A stretch of DNA of 64,000 bases, from assembly GCA_963714095.1 (NCBI GenBank), contig OY970230.1:660084-724083 (forward strand). Direction: 5' to 3'. The position numbers and the translations under genes are program-made. Source of the stretch: Candidatus Gottesmanbacteria bacterium (GTDB lineage: Bacteria > Patescibacteriota > Microgenomatia > UBA10105 > UBA927). Position 1 is the stretch's first letter, and each line of letters begins with the position of its first letter. The notes beneath the pieces are model-generated. The model saw only the letters and a program-made list of their open reading frames with translations, was not told where the DNA came from and did no database searches. Below, in pieces: positions 52,576-61,455 of this stretch.

Positions 52576-55497
52576 TTAAGCTTTTGGTTTTTCCCAAATA
52601 ATGTCCATGTCCTGAATTTGATAATTTGGGTGAAATGAGAATTGTTGCGCAGCCTTGAACTTAAAAGTTTTGTGAACCTGTGCCACTTTTTTATCTATAG
52701 CTTTCTCAAATTCTCCTCCGGTTCTATTTGTTCTGATTGTATGATTTTGAGGAACAGTAATTATATCAAAGTCATTGTCTAAGGCAAATGTCTCCAGAGA
52801 ACCAGTTATACCGTTAAATAGCGCCTCCTCATCAACAGAATAGAGATAGGTACTTGATGGGTTAGAGGAGACTGTGAGAATTTTCATTCCCTGTTCATTA
52901 AAATGATGAAGGAGAACTAATCCCTGACATTGTAAGGTATCTGGCTCCTGAAATACCATTTGCAGGTAGTTCGGCATACTCCACATATTTTGGTTCGGAT
53001 ATTTGTCTGGGTTGTCTCCACAAACACAAACCCCACCCACCATCCTTGCATGAGCACTTTCTTTACTCTTCGTCACATATCCGTACAGAACCTCTCGTTG
53101 CTTGCCGGATAAGGACTCAAATTTAGCCAGCTCCCTATCTATTTTTGTTCGTTCATTTTCAAATAAATCGATGAACCGCTGCACGGTATAGGAGGCAAAT
53201 TGTTCGTCATCATATTTTCCTTCTCGGATGCTTGCCTCCGTATCTAATACTTGTTGAAGGTTGATTTCTCCGAGGTGCGCTTGTTTCGGATCAACTTCTT
53301 GTCCGGTAATTGTCCTGAGTGCTTCAAATGTTCTCTCTCTTTGGGACCGGAGTTGCCCGTAGAATGCTTTCGTCTCAGGTTTTGCAGATGTAGATACTTT
53401 TTCTGTTAATCCTCCGGTAAAGGTTTCGTAGCGTCGTATGAGGGTTTTTACTTCCTCCGCAGAATAGTCTCTCCCTCTTCTTTTTTCCAATATTCTTCCG
53501 GCCTGTTTGACAAAACCCTCAGAAGCCCCCAGTTTGTCTATTTGGAGCCTATTTATCGTATCTTTTCGCTGAGCGGTTGTCGTTTCCTGTGCCAGCTTAG
53601 TAAAATATTTTGGCATGGCGGCCGCGATTGCCGGATTGTTCCATGCTGCCTGAACGAGCCGGCGGTTTACCTCCTTAATGCGATCCGAATAAAATGTTCC
53701 TACCTCGCAAAATAATGCATAGTCTTGATTGTTCGCACGTGCGACTCTATCACTCGTACCGGCAATGTAGTCACCAATATCCTCAAATGTGGTGAATTCG
53801 TAATGAATCACTAAATTTTTAACGGCTTTTGGATCAATTGATCTGGTTCCGTAGAGTGAGTCTGTTAGAATGAGAAACATTTTTTCGTCAAGTGTAGTGG
53901 CGTCCTTTATATCGATGTCCGGTAATCCGCCTTTTTCCACGATTTCCTGCAGAGTTTTATCGACACGTTCCTGCAACGCTTCGTCTATTTTCGCTTTATC
54001 ATGTCCTAAAGCGTTCATTTGTTCGGCCACGTCAAGAATTGGTTTTTGTACATCGGCTTTTACGACCGCGTCTAATGTTTCGCCTTCCTTCACCCGTATT
54101 TCACTCTGGGACAGGAGATCCATTTCATATCGTGGTTTAATCTTAAACTGTGCCAGATCGCTGCTTCTATCAGGGCAGCTTTCATTACTTTGAAAACTCG
54201 TCCATTGCCCGCTGTTATTGGAATACACGTGGTGTAATAGGTCTTTGTAGTATGGTTTTGCCCTTTCTTCGTCGGTAATGGCGCCGGAACCGGTCATCCT
54301 TTCGGCTAAAGCCTGGAGCTGAGCGATATACACTTTTTCGTGTCCGGCCGCTTTGGCTTCTTTATATCCACTCAATGTTGTTGGGGATATAATTCTAAAC
54401 TGTCGGGCAAATTCAGGCACGAGTTCTTTATCATGTGTTGACAATACGCCGGCCGAAAGACATTCCTGGTAGCCCCGAATAAGCTGATCTGATTTTTTTC
54501 CGAATTCCCCGACGAGGCCGTTCAGAAATTCGAGATCTGATGTGTCTTTTATCAACGAGTTTCCATTCGTCAATACAAACGATCTTGTCGCACGCATCTT
54601 GTCATCCATTAACGTTGGTGCCCGTTGGGGGAAAGCCAGAGCTAATGTACGGTTAATTTGGTCATTAGCTACATATTGGCTAACCTCCCTCATTTTTGGT
54701 TCATCATGGCCATATGACTTCACCATATTTCTGAAAAATTCACAATCCTGATCCGTGGGAAGGTAAACTTTGGGAAACTCTATGGGCAAAGACGATAAAT
54801 CACCGGATAAAATATCACCAGCCTTAACCGGAAGCTCCAAAGATCTCTCTTGAGATAATAATCCTTTACCAACTAACAGAACTATATTATCTCGCGCTTT
54901 TTCCTGGCCTTCGTACGCGGAAGCCATGTCTCTGAAGAAGAAAACAGTTTGTTCTCCTTCATACTGCCTACTAAATTCTCCCAGAAAGTTATCACTTTTT
55001 AACAGGGCAGGACACGTAGTATAGGCATTTAAAAACACCGGGAGATTATCAATATTTTTAGAAGGGTCTTTTAATCTATCTATAACAGGGCCTCTGGTTA
55101 AATATGTTAACGCGGTATAGTCGGTCCTGTTTTCCAAGACTAATTTCGATGCCGCATCAAATCTGCCAACAGCAGCCAGCCGCTGTTTGTTTACCGGGCT
55201 TCCTTCAGGCTGTAATAAAGAAAAGAGATTTTCCCGTAGACCTTCTCTAAAAGAATAGTCATTCATATCTGGGCCGGACCAATCATCTTCTTTGTGCCGG
55301 CGCCACGATTCCTCTGACATGTCTTTCAGGAGTTTGCTTGCCTGTTTGATATTTGCTGACTCCTGAGGATCTAAAATCTGACGTTTTGCCAAAATATCGA
55401 CAATTGCTTCGTTTCTGAGGGATTGGACTGCTAAATCCGTTAGTCTTGTATCGAGAGTTTTATCTCCAAAAAGGGCCAGAGCAAAATCTCCTGACAC
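52576..55497 (-). CDS. very large hypothetical cytoplasmic protein (973 aa)
   Basis: Long ORF without signal peptide or recognised motifs; 58-nt overlap with the upstream 579-aa gene. Confidence 0.45.
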   Translation of the reverse strand: MSGDFALALFGDKTLDTRLTDLAVQSLRNEAIVDILAKRQILDPQESANIKQASKLLKDMSEESWRRHKEDDWSGPDMNDYSFREGLRENLFSLLQPEGSPVNKQRLAAVGRFDAASKLVLENRTDYTALTYLTRGPVIDRLKDPSKNIDNLPVFLNAYTTCPALLKSDNFLGEFSRQYEGEQTVFFFRDMASAYEGQEKARDNIVLLVGKGLLSQERSLELPVKAGDILSGDLSSLPIEFPKVYLPTDQDCEFFRNMVKSYGHDEPKMREVSQYVANDQINRTLALAFPQRAPTLMDDKMRATRSFVLTNGNSLIKDTSDLEFLNGLVGEFGKKSDQLIRGYQECLSAGVLSTHDKELVPEFARQFRIISPTTLSGYKEAKAAGHEKVYIAQLQALAERMTGSGAITDEERAKPYYKDLLHHVYSNNSGQWTSFQSNESCPDRSSDLAQFKIKPRYEMDLLSQSEIRVKEGETLDAVVKADVQKPILDVAEQMNALGHDKAKIDEALQERVDKTLQEIVEKGGLPDIDIKDATTLDEKMFLILTDSLYGTRSIDPKAVKNLVIHYEFTTFEDIGDYIAGTSDRVARANNQDYALFCEVGTFYSDRIKEVNRRLVQAAWNNPAIAAAMPKYFTKLAQETTTAQRKDTINRLQIDKLGASEGFVKQAGRILEKRRGRDYSAEEVKTLIRRYETFTGGLTEKVSTSAKPETKAFYGQLRSQRERTFEALRTITGQEVDPKQAHLGEINLQQVLDTEASIREGKYDDEQFASYTVQRFIDLFENERTKIDRELAKFESLSGKQREVLYGYVTKSKESAHARMVGGVCVCGDNPDKYPNQNMWSMPNYLQMVFQEPDTLQCQGLVLLHHFNEQGMKILTVSSNPSSTYLYSVDEEALFNGITGSLETFALDNDFDIITVPQNHTIRTNRTGGEFEKAIDKKVAQVHKTFKFKAAQQFSFHPNYQIQDMDIIWEKPKA

Positions 55498-57179
55498 CCC
55501 CCTATATCAGGATGATTCCAATGTTCTCCGAAATCCCAGGATTCCAGCACTGCCCGCGCAGGTTTGAGAGACGGATACACTTTTTCAGCCTCATCCAGAC
55601 ACTGTTTCCACTCGGAACGCCTACTGAGGCTGCTTAACGCCCAATTTGCGTGAACCGTCCGGTATTCTTGTCTATCCGCAGCGGCGAGTATCACCAAATT
55701 CCTTATGGAGTCCGGTGTCGGGTAGTAAACCAGCGTATCAATGTCGCCACCCTGAGTATCAGACAGGGATTTATCCAGAGCTGTTGTATAGTATTTTTGA
55801 TCCGCCTGTCGTATGACATCACCGAAGATTTCATTGGCCGCATTTGACGATTTTACTGCCCGCCAGAAATCCATATTCGGAATATAGTCGTCACCGTTAT
55901 TAATGGCTGAAAGAACCTGGCGTCCGAACAAATTTTCCTCTCCATTCAAACCACGTGATGGATTTACATTATTATCAAAAATATCGTCAAATTTATTTCT
56001 TGATTCCCAGTTTTGTAAATGCGGAGAAACAGCGGTTTTTATAGGGACGATATCCTCTGCTGCCATTTGAGCCACGAACGCCGAAATCATAGTCACATCA
56101 TTCCCATTAAGTAAGGGGTCACACGCGTACTGAAGATTGTAAAATCCATTCTCGTAGTTAAAGAAGCGATCAAGTTCGTTTCTATACTGCTGTTTTTGTG
56201 CTTCAGGATCCTTTCGGTGTTCGATGCAGGTTCGAAGAGCTGAAAAGAATTCATCCTTTCTGCCAGCTGGCAACCTCCTTTCATCGGCTATCTTGTCCGC
56301 TTGAGGTGCGAGTACTTGCTGAATATAATTTTCCCGTATTTCCGAGGTTAGTGTCCCGTCTGTGAGGATTTCCTGTAATAACTGCTCGTATTCTGTTCGA
56401 ATTGCTTTAATTTCCTGCCCTATCTCAGTAAGCATTGTCTCTTCTTGTTTCAGGCGAATCGGCTTTTCCTGCTCTGCAAGTTGATCCATAACTTGCCGTT
56501 TCGCCTGTGTTTGGGCGTCAAGTTGCTCAAGTTGTTTTTGATTAGCACTTTTTTTCCCTGCCAAGATTCGTTTTTCAATCACTGCCGGTATTTTTCCAAG
56601 GCCCTTTGCCCGCTCGAGCTCTCTTGCTCGTTCCTCAATCGTCCATTCTGTTTGACTTTGAGACGAGCGTTGTCTTTCTAATAAATCCGTTTCAGCCCTT
56701 GTTTGAGTTCTCACTTGGGCGGAAGTCCGTAAAATTTGTTTGCTCCGAGCAAGAAATTCTGTCGGCGGAATAGATTCTCCTTTGGCAAGAGCTTCGAGCT
56801 GGGTCCGCGCATCTTCAGGGGTGACTGCGGCTTGAAGTTCTTGATCCTCAGTCTCCACACTAACCATTTCAATTAATTGAGTTGCTTTCTCAACGTGGGC
56901 ATGTGCGCTTGCTTTTGTCTCGTCGAGTTTTAAGGCTAGTCCGCTCTTTTGCACTGCCTGATGTTCCGGTTGTGGCTTGACTACAGGTTTTGCTAATTGT
57001 TGACCCTCACTGAGAGGTGGGGGAATATCGGGTATATTTCCTTCCATATCGATGTATGCTCCGTATACGTAGTTTACGTAATTTTCATGAGAATTGCATG
57101 GAGTTAAATTTAGGTGAAATTCAACTGTGGCTATCTGATAAGAGTTTCTGTTCAGATAGTAGGTTTTGGGTCGTACCAA
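55440..57179 (-). CDS. large hypothetical protein (579 aa) with central coiled-coil/charged region
   Basis: Long ORF; E/Q/R/K-rich predicted coiled coil in residues ~120-330. Confidence 0.45.
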   Translation of the reverse strand: MVRPKTYYLNRNSYQIATVEFHLNLTPCNSHENYVNYVYGAYIDMEGNIPDIPPPLSEGQQLAKPVVKPQPEHQAVQKSGLALKLDETKASAHAHVEKATQLIEMVSVETEDQELQAAVTPEDARTQLEALAKGESIPPTEFLARSKQILRTSAQVRTQTRAETDLLERQRSSQSQTEWTIEERARELERAKGLGKIPAVIEKRILAGKKSANQKQLEQLDAQTQAKRQVMDQLAEQEKPIRLKQEETMLTEIGQEIKAIRTEYEQLLQEILTDGTLTSEIRENYIQQVLAPQADKIADERRLPAGRKDEFFSALRTCIEHRKDPEAQKQQYRNELDRFFNYENGFYNLQYACDPLLNGNDVTMISAFVAQMAAEDIVPIKTAVSPHLQNWESRNKFDDIFDNNVNPSRGLNGEENLFGRQVLSAINNGDDYIPNMDFWRAVKSSNAANEIFGDVIRQADQKYYTTALDKSLSDTQGGDIDTLVYYPTPDSIRNLVILAAADRQEYRTVHANWALSSLSRRSEWKQCLDEAEKVYPSLKPARAVLESWDFGEHWNHPDIGGCQEILLWPFLEIKLSIQD

Positions 57180-57205
57180 CGCTTTATTTATGATAAAATG
57201 CGTTT

Positions 57206-57478
57206 ATGCCAGTGATTAGTCCCACAGAATACGGCATAAAACCTCGACCGGACCATAAACCCGGGTATATTCTGGTGACGCCTACCGAACAACAATTTTT
57301 TGAGGTTGATGGTACGGACGTGCGATTGGACAGGATAAGAGTTTTTGGGCCTAACGGGTTTGAAAGGTCATATTTAAGAGACAAAATAGGCCAGAGGTTT
57401 ACTGATAATCTATCAGGAACGGAGGATGACTTTGCTTATTTGGTTACACCGGAGAAAAAGAGAGAGCGCAGGTTCTAA
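57206..57478 (+). CDS. hypothetical small protein (90 aa)
   Basis: ORF only. Confidence 0.3.
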   Translation: MPVISPTEYGIKPRPDHKPGYILVTPTEQQFFEVDGTDVRLDRIRVFGPNGFERSYLRDKIGQRFTDNLSGTEDDFAYLVTPEKKRERRF

Positions 57479-57504
57479 ATTCTTTGGAGGCACCGTAACT
57501 AAAT

Positions 57505-57536
57505 CTAAAAAAGGCAGCCATGTGGCCGCCTTTTTT
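57505..57536. terminator. bidirectional rho-independent terminator between convergent genes
   Basis: AAAAAAGGCAGCCATGTGGCCGCCTTTTTTG: GC-rich hairpin flanked by A-tract and T-tract. Confidence 0.6.
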
Positions 57537-57558
57537 GTTTGTTTATAAACAAATACGC

Positions 57559-57924
57559 TTACCAATTCCGTCCGCCGCGGTCATCGCCTCCACCACCTCG
57601 ATATCCACCTCCACCTCCGCCGCCACCTCGATATCCACCTCCACCTCCGCCGCCAAATCCGCGATTCTCGCGGGGCGCCATCGGTTTGGCTTCGTTGACC
57701 ACGATTGCGCGGCCATCGAGTGTTTTTCCGTTTAAGTCGGCGATTGCTTTCTTTGCTTCATCATCCGTACTCATTTCCACAAATCCGAATCCTCTGGATT
57801 TTCCGGAAAACTTATCCGTAATGATTTTCGCTGATGTTACCGTACCGGCTGTTGCAAAAAATGTCTTGAGTGAGTCATCTGTCGTGTCCCATGAAAGTCC
57901 TCCAACAAATAATTTAAGTGCCAT
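57559..57924 (-). CDS. RRM-domain RNA-binding protein with Gly/Arg-rich C-terminal tail
   Basis: RNP2 KLFVGGLSW and RNP1 RGFGFVEM motifs; GGGGGGYRGGGGGGGGYRGGGG tail. Confidence 0.85.
   Translation of the reverse strand: MALKLFVGGLSWDTTDDSLKTFFATAGTVTSAKIITDKFSGKSRGFGFVEMSTDDEAKKAIADLNGKTLDGRAIVVNEAKPMAPRENRGFGGGGGGGYRGGGGGGGGYRGGGGDDRGGRNW
57592..57651. repeat. perfect 30-nt tandem duplication inside the RRM gene tail (encodes the GGGGGGYRGG repeat)
   Basis: cacctcgatatccacctccacctccgccgc occurs twice consecutively. Confidence 0.8.
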
Positions 57925-58250
57925 AAATAGTATTCACCTCCTTTAGGTTTCCTTACTATTACCTGACTATTCCACTTGTGGAGGAATAAGGTCACGAACA
58001 GAAAGGGTTACTTCGCGTATTGTATCACGATAATAGGGTATATGATATCCTTGGAAATATGTTGTTGCCTGCAAAAGGCTAAAAACTTGAAATACCTTCT
58101 TGAGCTGGTAGGATGCGACTACTGTTTAAAATATAGGATAATTAGAATTGTAAGATATCATACAATTCATTTTCAGAAAGAGGGTAGATTTTTGACTAAA
58201 ATGGCAACCGATATGAAACTATAAGTTTCACTTTCAACGAAGTAATAAGT

Positions 58251-58278
58251 TTGACGCACTACGAAAACGTGGTATAAT
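58251..58278 (+). promoter_or_regulatory. sigma70-type promoter: -35 TTGACG, 16-nt spacer, extended -10 TGgTATAAT
   Basis: ttgacg-cactacgaaaacgtgg-tataat, preceded by an AT-rich UP-like region. Confidence 0.6.
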
Positions 58279-58284
58279 GACATT

Positions 58285-58532
58285 AAGTTAATAAAAGCGT
58301 TGATCCGGAGGGTTGGAACCGGGTAAGCTGACTCTTAAATCAAGTACGGAGCCGAAACCGTAAAAAGACAGGAACGCATGTCGTCCGCCAATTGGCGAGT
58401 GGAGTGCGTCAAGAATAAGGTTTTTCTTTGACGTCCCCGCGAGGGGATTTTTTAGAGGAAAACAGCGTACGGTGGTATAGCCGTAAAGGCCCGTACAAGT
58501 GTCCATTTTTTGGATGCTTGTACGGGTTTTTT
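58285..58532 (+). promoter_or_regulatory. candidate T-box-like riboswitch leader (about 245 nt) ending in an intrinsic terminator, upstream of tRNA-Trp-trpB2-trpS
   Basis: Terminator CCCGUACAAG-loop-CUUGUACGGG-UUUUUU (58490..58532). Mutually exclusive antiterminator: helix GUACGG(58467-72)/CCGUAC(58491-96), 7-nt bulge UGGUAUA, helix GCC/GGC with GUAAA loop. UGGA present in an upstream hairpin loop. Confidence 0.4.
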
Positions 58533-58540
58533 GTTGATTT

Positions 58541-58612
58541 AGGCGGATAGCTCAATGGTAGAGCACTTGTCTCCAAAACAAGTGATTGTAGGTTCAAGTC
58601 CTACTCCGCCTG
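58541..58612 (+). tRNA. tRNA-Trp (anticodon CCA), 72 nt, discriminator G, CCA not encoded
   Basis: Manual cloverleaf: acceptor AGGCGGA/TCCGCCT, D GCTC/GAGC, anticodon stem CTTGT/ACAAG with loop CTCCAAA, T stem GTAGG/CCTAC with loop TTCAAGT. Confidence 0.85.
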
Positions 58613-58715
58613 CCTATGGAATATACATTTTGGAAAAGCAGGGGGCGGGAATACTGGCGAAACGATGCGCCAGGGTATTACGTGCTCTATTATTAAAATT
58701 TTTTAAGGAGAAACT

Positions 58716-60026
58716 ATGAAAAAAATGAATATATTGGAAGGACGGGAGCGACCTATGACATATTTTAATCTCCCGTATTATTTGAAGAAATATCTTAGGG
58801 AATTGCCGCCACCACCGTTGGATCCGGCGACGAAGCAGCCGATTGGGCTGGAGGCGCTCGCGCGGTTGTTTCCGATGGAACTTATACGCCAGGAGGTTTC
58901 ACTGGAAAAAGAGATTCCCATACCCGATGAGGTTCGGGAGTTGTATGCGATGTACCGGCCGACGCCGCTCTTGCGGGCGAAGCGGTTGGAAAAAACGTTG
59001 GGGACGCCGGCGCATATTTATTTTAAATACGAAGGCGTCTCGCCGGTCGGAAGCCATAAGTTCAATACCGCCCTTGCCCAGGCGTATTACAACAAAAAAG
59101 AAGGGATTACGGGTCTCACGACCGAAACAGGTGCCGGCCAGTGGGGGTCGGCGCTCGCGCTTGCATGCAATTTTTTTGACATGAAGTGCCGGGTGTTTAT
59201 GGTGAGGACGTCATTTGATCATAAGCCGTATAGAAAGACGGTCATGAATCTGTATGGTGCGACGGTTGTTTCCAGCCCGTCAAACGAAACAGCATCGGGA
59301 CGTGCGTTTAGAAAAAAGTATCCTGATACGACCGGAAGCTTGGGCATGGCGATTTCCGAGGCGATTGAGGTGGCAGCAACGACGCCAAATACGCACTACG
59401 CACTTGGTAGCGTTCTCAATCACGTGATGCTGCACCAGACCATTATCGGTCAGGAAGCACAAAAGCAAATGGAGAAGGAGGGGGAGTATCCGGATATTGT
59501 CATCGGGTGCTGCGGGGGAGGGAGTAACCTTGCTGGAATCAGTTTTCCGTTTGTCGCAGATAAACTCGCCGGCAAACGCCGGCGCCTGCGGATTGTTGCG
59601 GTTGAACCGACTGCGTGTCCGTCACTCACCAAGGGTGAGTACCGGTACGACTCGGGAGATACTGCAGGGCTCACGCCGCTTATGAAAATGTATACGGTAG
59701 GAAGCGATTATGTGCCCTCGCCGATCCATGCAGGGGGGTTGCGGTACCACGGGGACGCACCGCTCGTGTGCTTTTTGTACCACAAAAAGCTTATCGAAGC
59801 GGTAGCGTATGAGCAAAAAGAGGTCTTTGAGGCGGCACAGCTTTTTGCTCGAACAGAGGGGATTATTCCTGCTCCCGAGTCCGCCCATGCAATAAAACAC
59901 GTGATTGTTGAGGCCATCCGTGCTAAAAAAGAAGGAAAAAAGAAAACGATTCTTTTTAACCTTTCCGGGCACGGGCTGTTGGACCTCGGTGCATACGAAG
60001 AGTTTTTAGAGGGAAGAATAAAGTAA
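58716..60026 (+). CDS. trpB: tryptophan synthase beta subunit-like PLP enzyme, TrpB2 type
   Basis: [14 protein letters not shown]...[15 protein letters not shown] (PLP-lysine and glycine loop), 436 aa with the N-terminal extension typical of TrpB2. Confidence 0.8.
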   Translation: MKKMNILEGRERPMTYFNLPYYLKKYLRELPPPPLDPATKQPIGLEALARLFPMELIRQEVSLEKEIPIPDEVRELYAMYRPTPLLRAKRLEKTLGTPAHIYFKYEGVSPVGSHKFNTALAQAYYNKKEGITGLTTETGAGQWGSALALACNFFDMKCRVFMVRTSFDHKPYRKTVMNLYGATVVSSPSNETASGRAFRKKYPDTTGSLGMAISEAIEVAATTPNTHYALGSVLNHVMLHQTIIGQEAQKQMEKEGEYPDIVIGCCGGGSNLAGISFPFVADKLAGKRRRLRIVAVEPTACPSLTKGEYRYDSGDTAGLTPLMKMYTVGSDYVPSPIHAGGLRYHGDAPLVCFLYHKKLIEAVAYEQKEVFEAAQLFARTEGIIPAPESAHAIKHVIVEAIRAKKEGKKKTILFNLSGHGLLDLGAYEEFLEGRIK

Positions 60027-60084
60027 GGAATTTATGCCGCCCCGTAAAAACTACGGGGCGGCATGATAGAATGAAAGGAGAACT

Positions 60085-61431
60085 ATGAAACGAGTTTTGT
60101 CAGGAATTACACCAAGCGGGGACGGAAGCCTGCATATAGGAAATTATTTGGGGGCGGTGAGCCAATTTAAAAAGCTGTCAGAAAATTACGACTGCTTTCT
60201 TTTTGTTGCTGATTTGCATGCCCTGACGACCGTCCAGGATAAAACGCAATTGCAAAAAAACATTGAAGCGCTTGTTTTAAACGAGTTGGCCCTCCTCGGG
60301 GATTTGAAAAATATCACTTTTTTCCGTCAGTCTGATGTGCCGCAGCACACTGAACTGCAATCAATTCTCAATAACGTTACGTCGTTAGGGCTTTTAAAAC
60401 GAGCGCACGCGTACAAAGATAAGCTGCAAAAAGACATAACGGAGGATGATATTAATGTCGGTTTGTTTAGCTATCCTATGCTCATGGCTGCAGACATTCT
60501 TTTGTATAAATCCGATTTGGTACCGGTGGGAAAGGATCAGAAGCAGCATATTGAAATAACCCGGGATGTTGCCGGACGGTTTAACAAAATTTTTAAGAAA
60601 CAGGTATTTAAACTTCCCGATGCATATATCCCTGAGGATGTATCAACTGTTCTTGGAATTGATGGGAAACGGAAAATGAGCAAATCCCTGGGGAATATCA
60701 TCAGCATCTTTGAAAATGAAGACATGATTAAGAAACAAGTGATGAGCGCGTACACGGATCCCACCCGCGGACATGCCACAGATGCGGGACACATTGAAGG
60801 GAACATGGTGTTCACGTACCTCGATTTTTTTGGTGAAAAGGAAAAAGTAGCCAAGTTAAAAGAGCTATATACAAAGGGCCAAGTATCAGATATTGAGGTT
60901 AAAAATTATTTATTTGAATCCTTGATGAAAACATTTAAAAAAGCACGGGAAAGATACGAGGACCTGGCAAGGCATCCGGAAAAAGTAAAGAAAATTTTAG
61001 AAGACGGGGCAGTAAAGGCGAAACTTATTGCAGCTGCAACTATGGGTGAAGTGCGTGAAACAATTGGACTCGTCAACGCATATTCTATTAGTGGCGAATC
61101 ATTAATTATTTCTATCGATGATTTCGTGAAAGTTGAGATGCGTGTGGGAAAAGTGACGGAGGCGAAGAATAAGGAAGGCAGCGATAAGCTTATACGGCTC
61201 GTTGTGGATTTTGGAGAGCAAGGGACACGCGTGATATTTACCGGCGTGCGCGGCTACGGGTATACTCCTGAAGATTTTATGGGTAAACAATTTATGTTTG
61301 TATTTAATCTCGCGCCGCGGAAAATGATGGATGAAGAATCACAAGGAATGATTATGGCAGTTGACGGCTCCGATGAGAAACCTCAATTTATACCCGCAGA
61401 TGGTATGCCGCCAGGCGCGAAAATCCGCTAA
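60085..61431 (+). CDS. trpS: tryptophanyl-tRNA synthetase with C-terminal tRNA-binding (Myf/EMAP-like OB) domain
   Basis: HIGH-type GITPSGDGSLHIGNYLGA, KMSKSLGN; C-terminal VKVEMRVGKVTEA...KLIRLVVDFGE OB-fold tRNA-binding motif. Confidence 0.85.
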   Translation: MKRVLSGITPSGDGSLHIGNYLGAVSQFKKLSENYDCFLFVADLHALTTVQDKTQLQKNIEALVLNELALLGDLKNITFFRQSDVPQHTELQSILNNVTSLGLLKRAHAYKDKLQKDITEDDINVGLFSYPMLMAADILLYKSDLVPVGKDQKQHIEITRDVAGRFNKIFKKQVFKLPDAYIPEDVSTVLGIDGKRKMSKSLGNIISIFENEDMIKKQVMSAYTDPTRGHATDAGHIEGNMVFTYLDFFGEKEKVAKLKELYTKGQVSDIEVKNYLFESLMKTFKKARERYEDLARHPEKVKKILEDGAVKAKLIAAATMGEVRETIGLVNAYSISGESLIISIDDFVKVEMRVGKVTEAKNKEGSDKLIRLVVDFGEQGTRVIFTGVRGYGYTPEDFMGKQFMFVFNLAPRKMMDEESQGMIMAVDGSDEKPQFIPADGMPPGAKIR

Positions 61432-61455
61432 ACGTGCTATACTTGCCAGGTACCT

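Noticed and set aside
57520-57946. ORFs 57520..57735(+) and 57539..57946(+) encoding poly-Pro/PPPRYPPPP
   Set aside because: Antisense translation of the Gly/Arg-rich tail and RRM gene (57559..57924, minus), which has unmistakable RNP1/RNP2 motifs.
58288-58597. Minus-strand ORFs 58288..58506 and 58409..58597, and plus-strand ORF 57976..58224
   Set aside because: They lie in the AT-rich promoter and structured-leader region and across tRNA-Trp; better explained as non-coding regulatory RNA and intergenic DNA.
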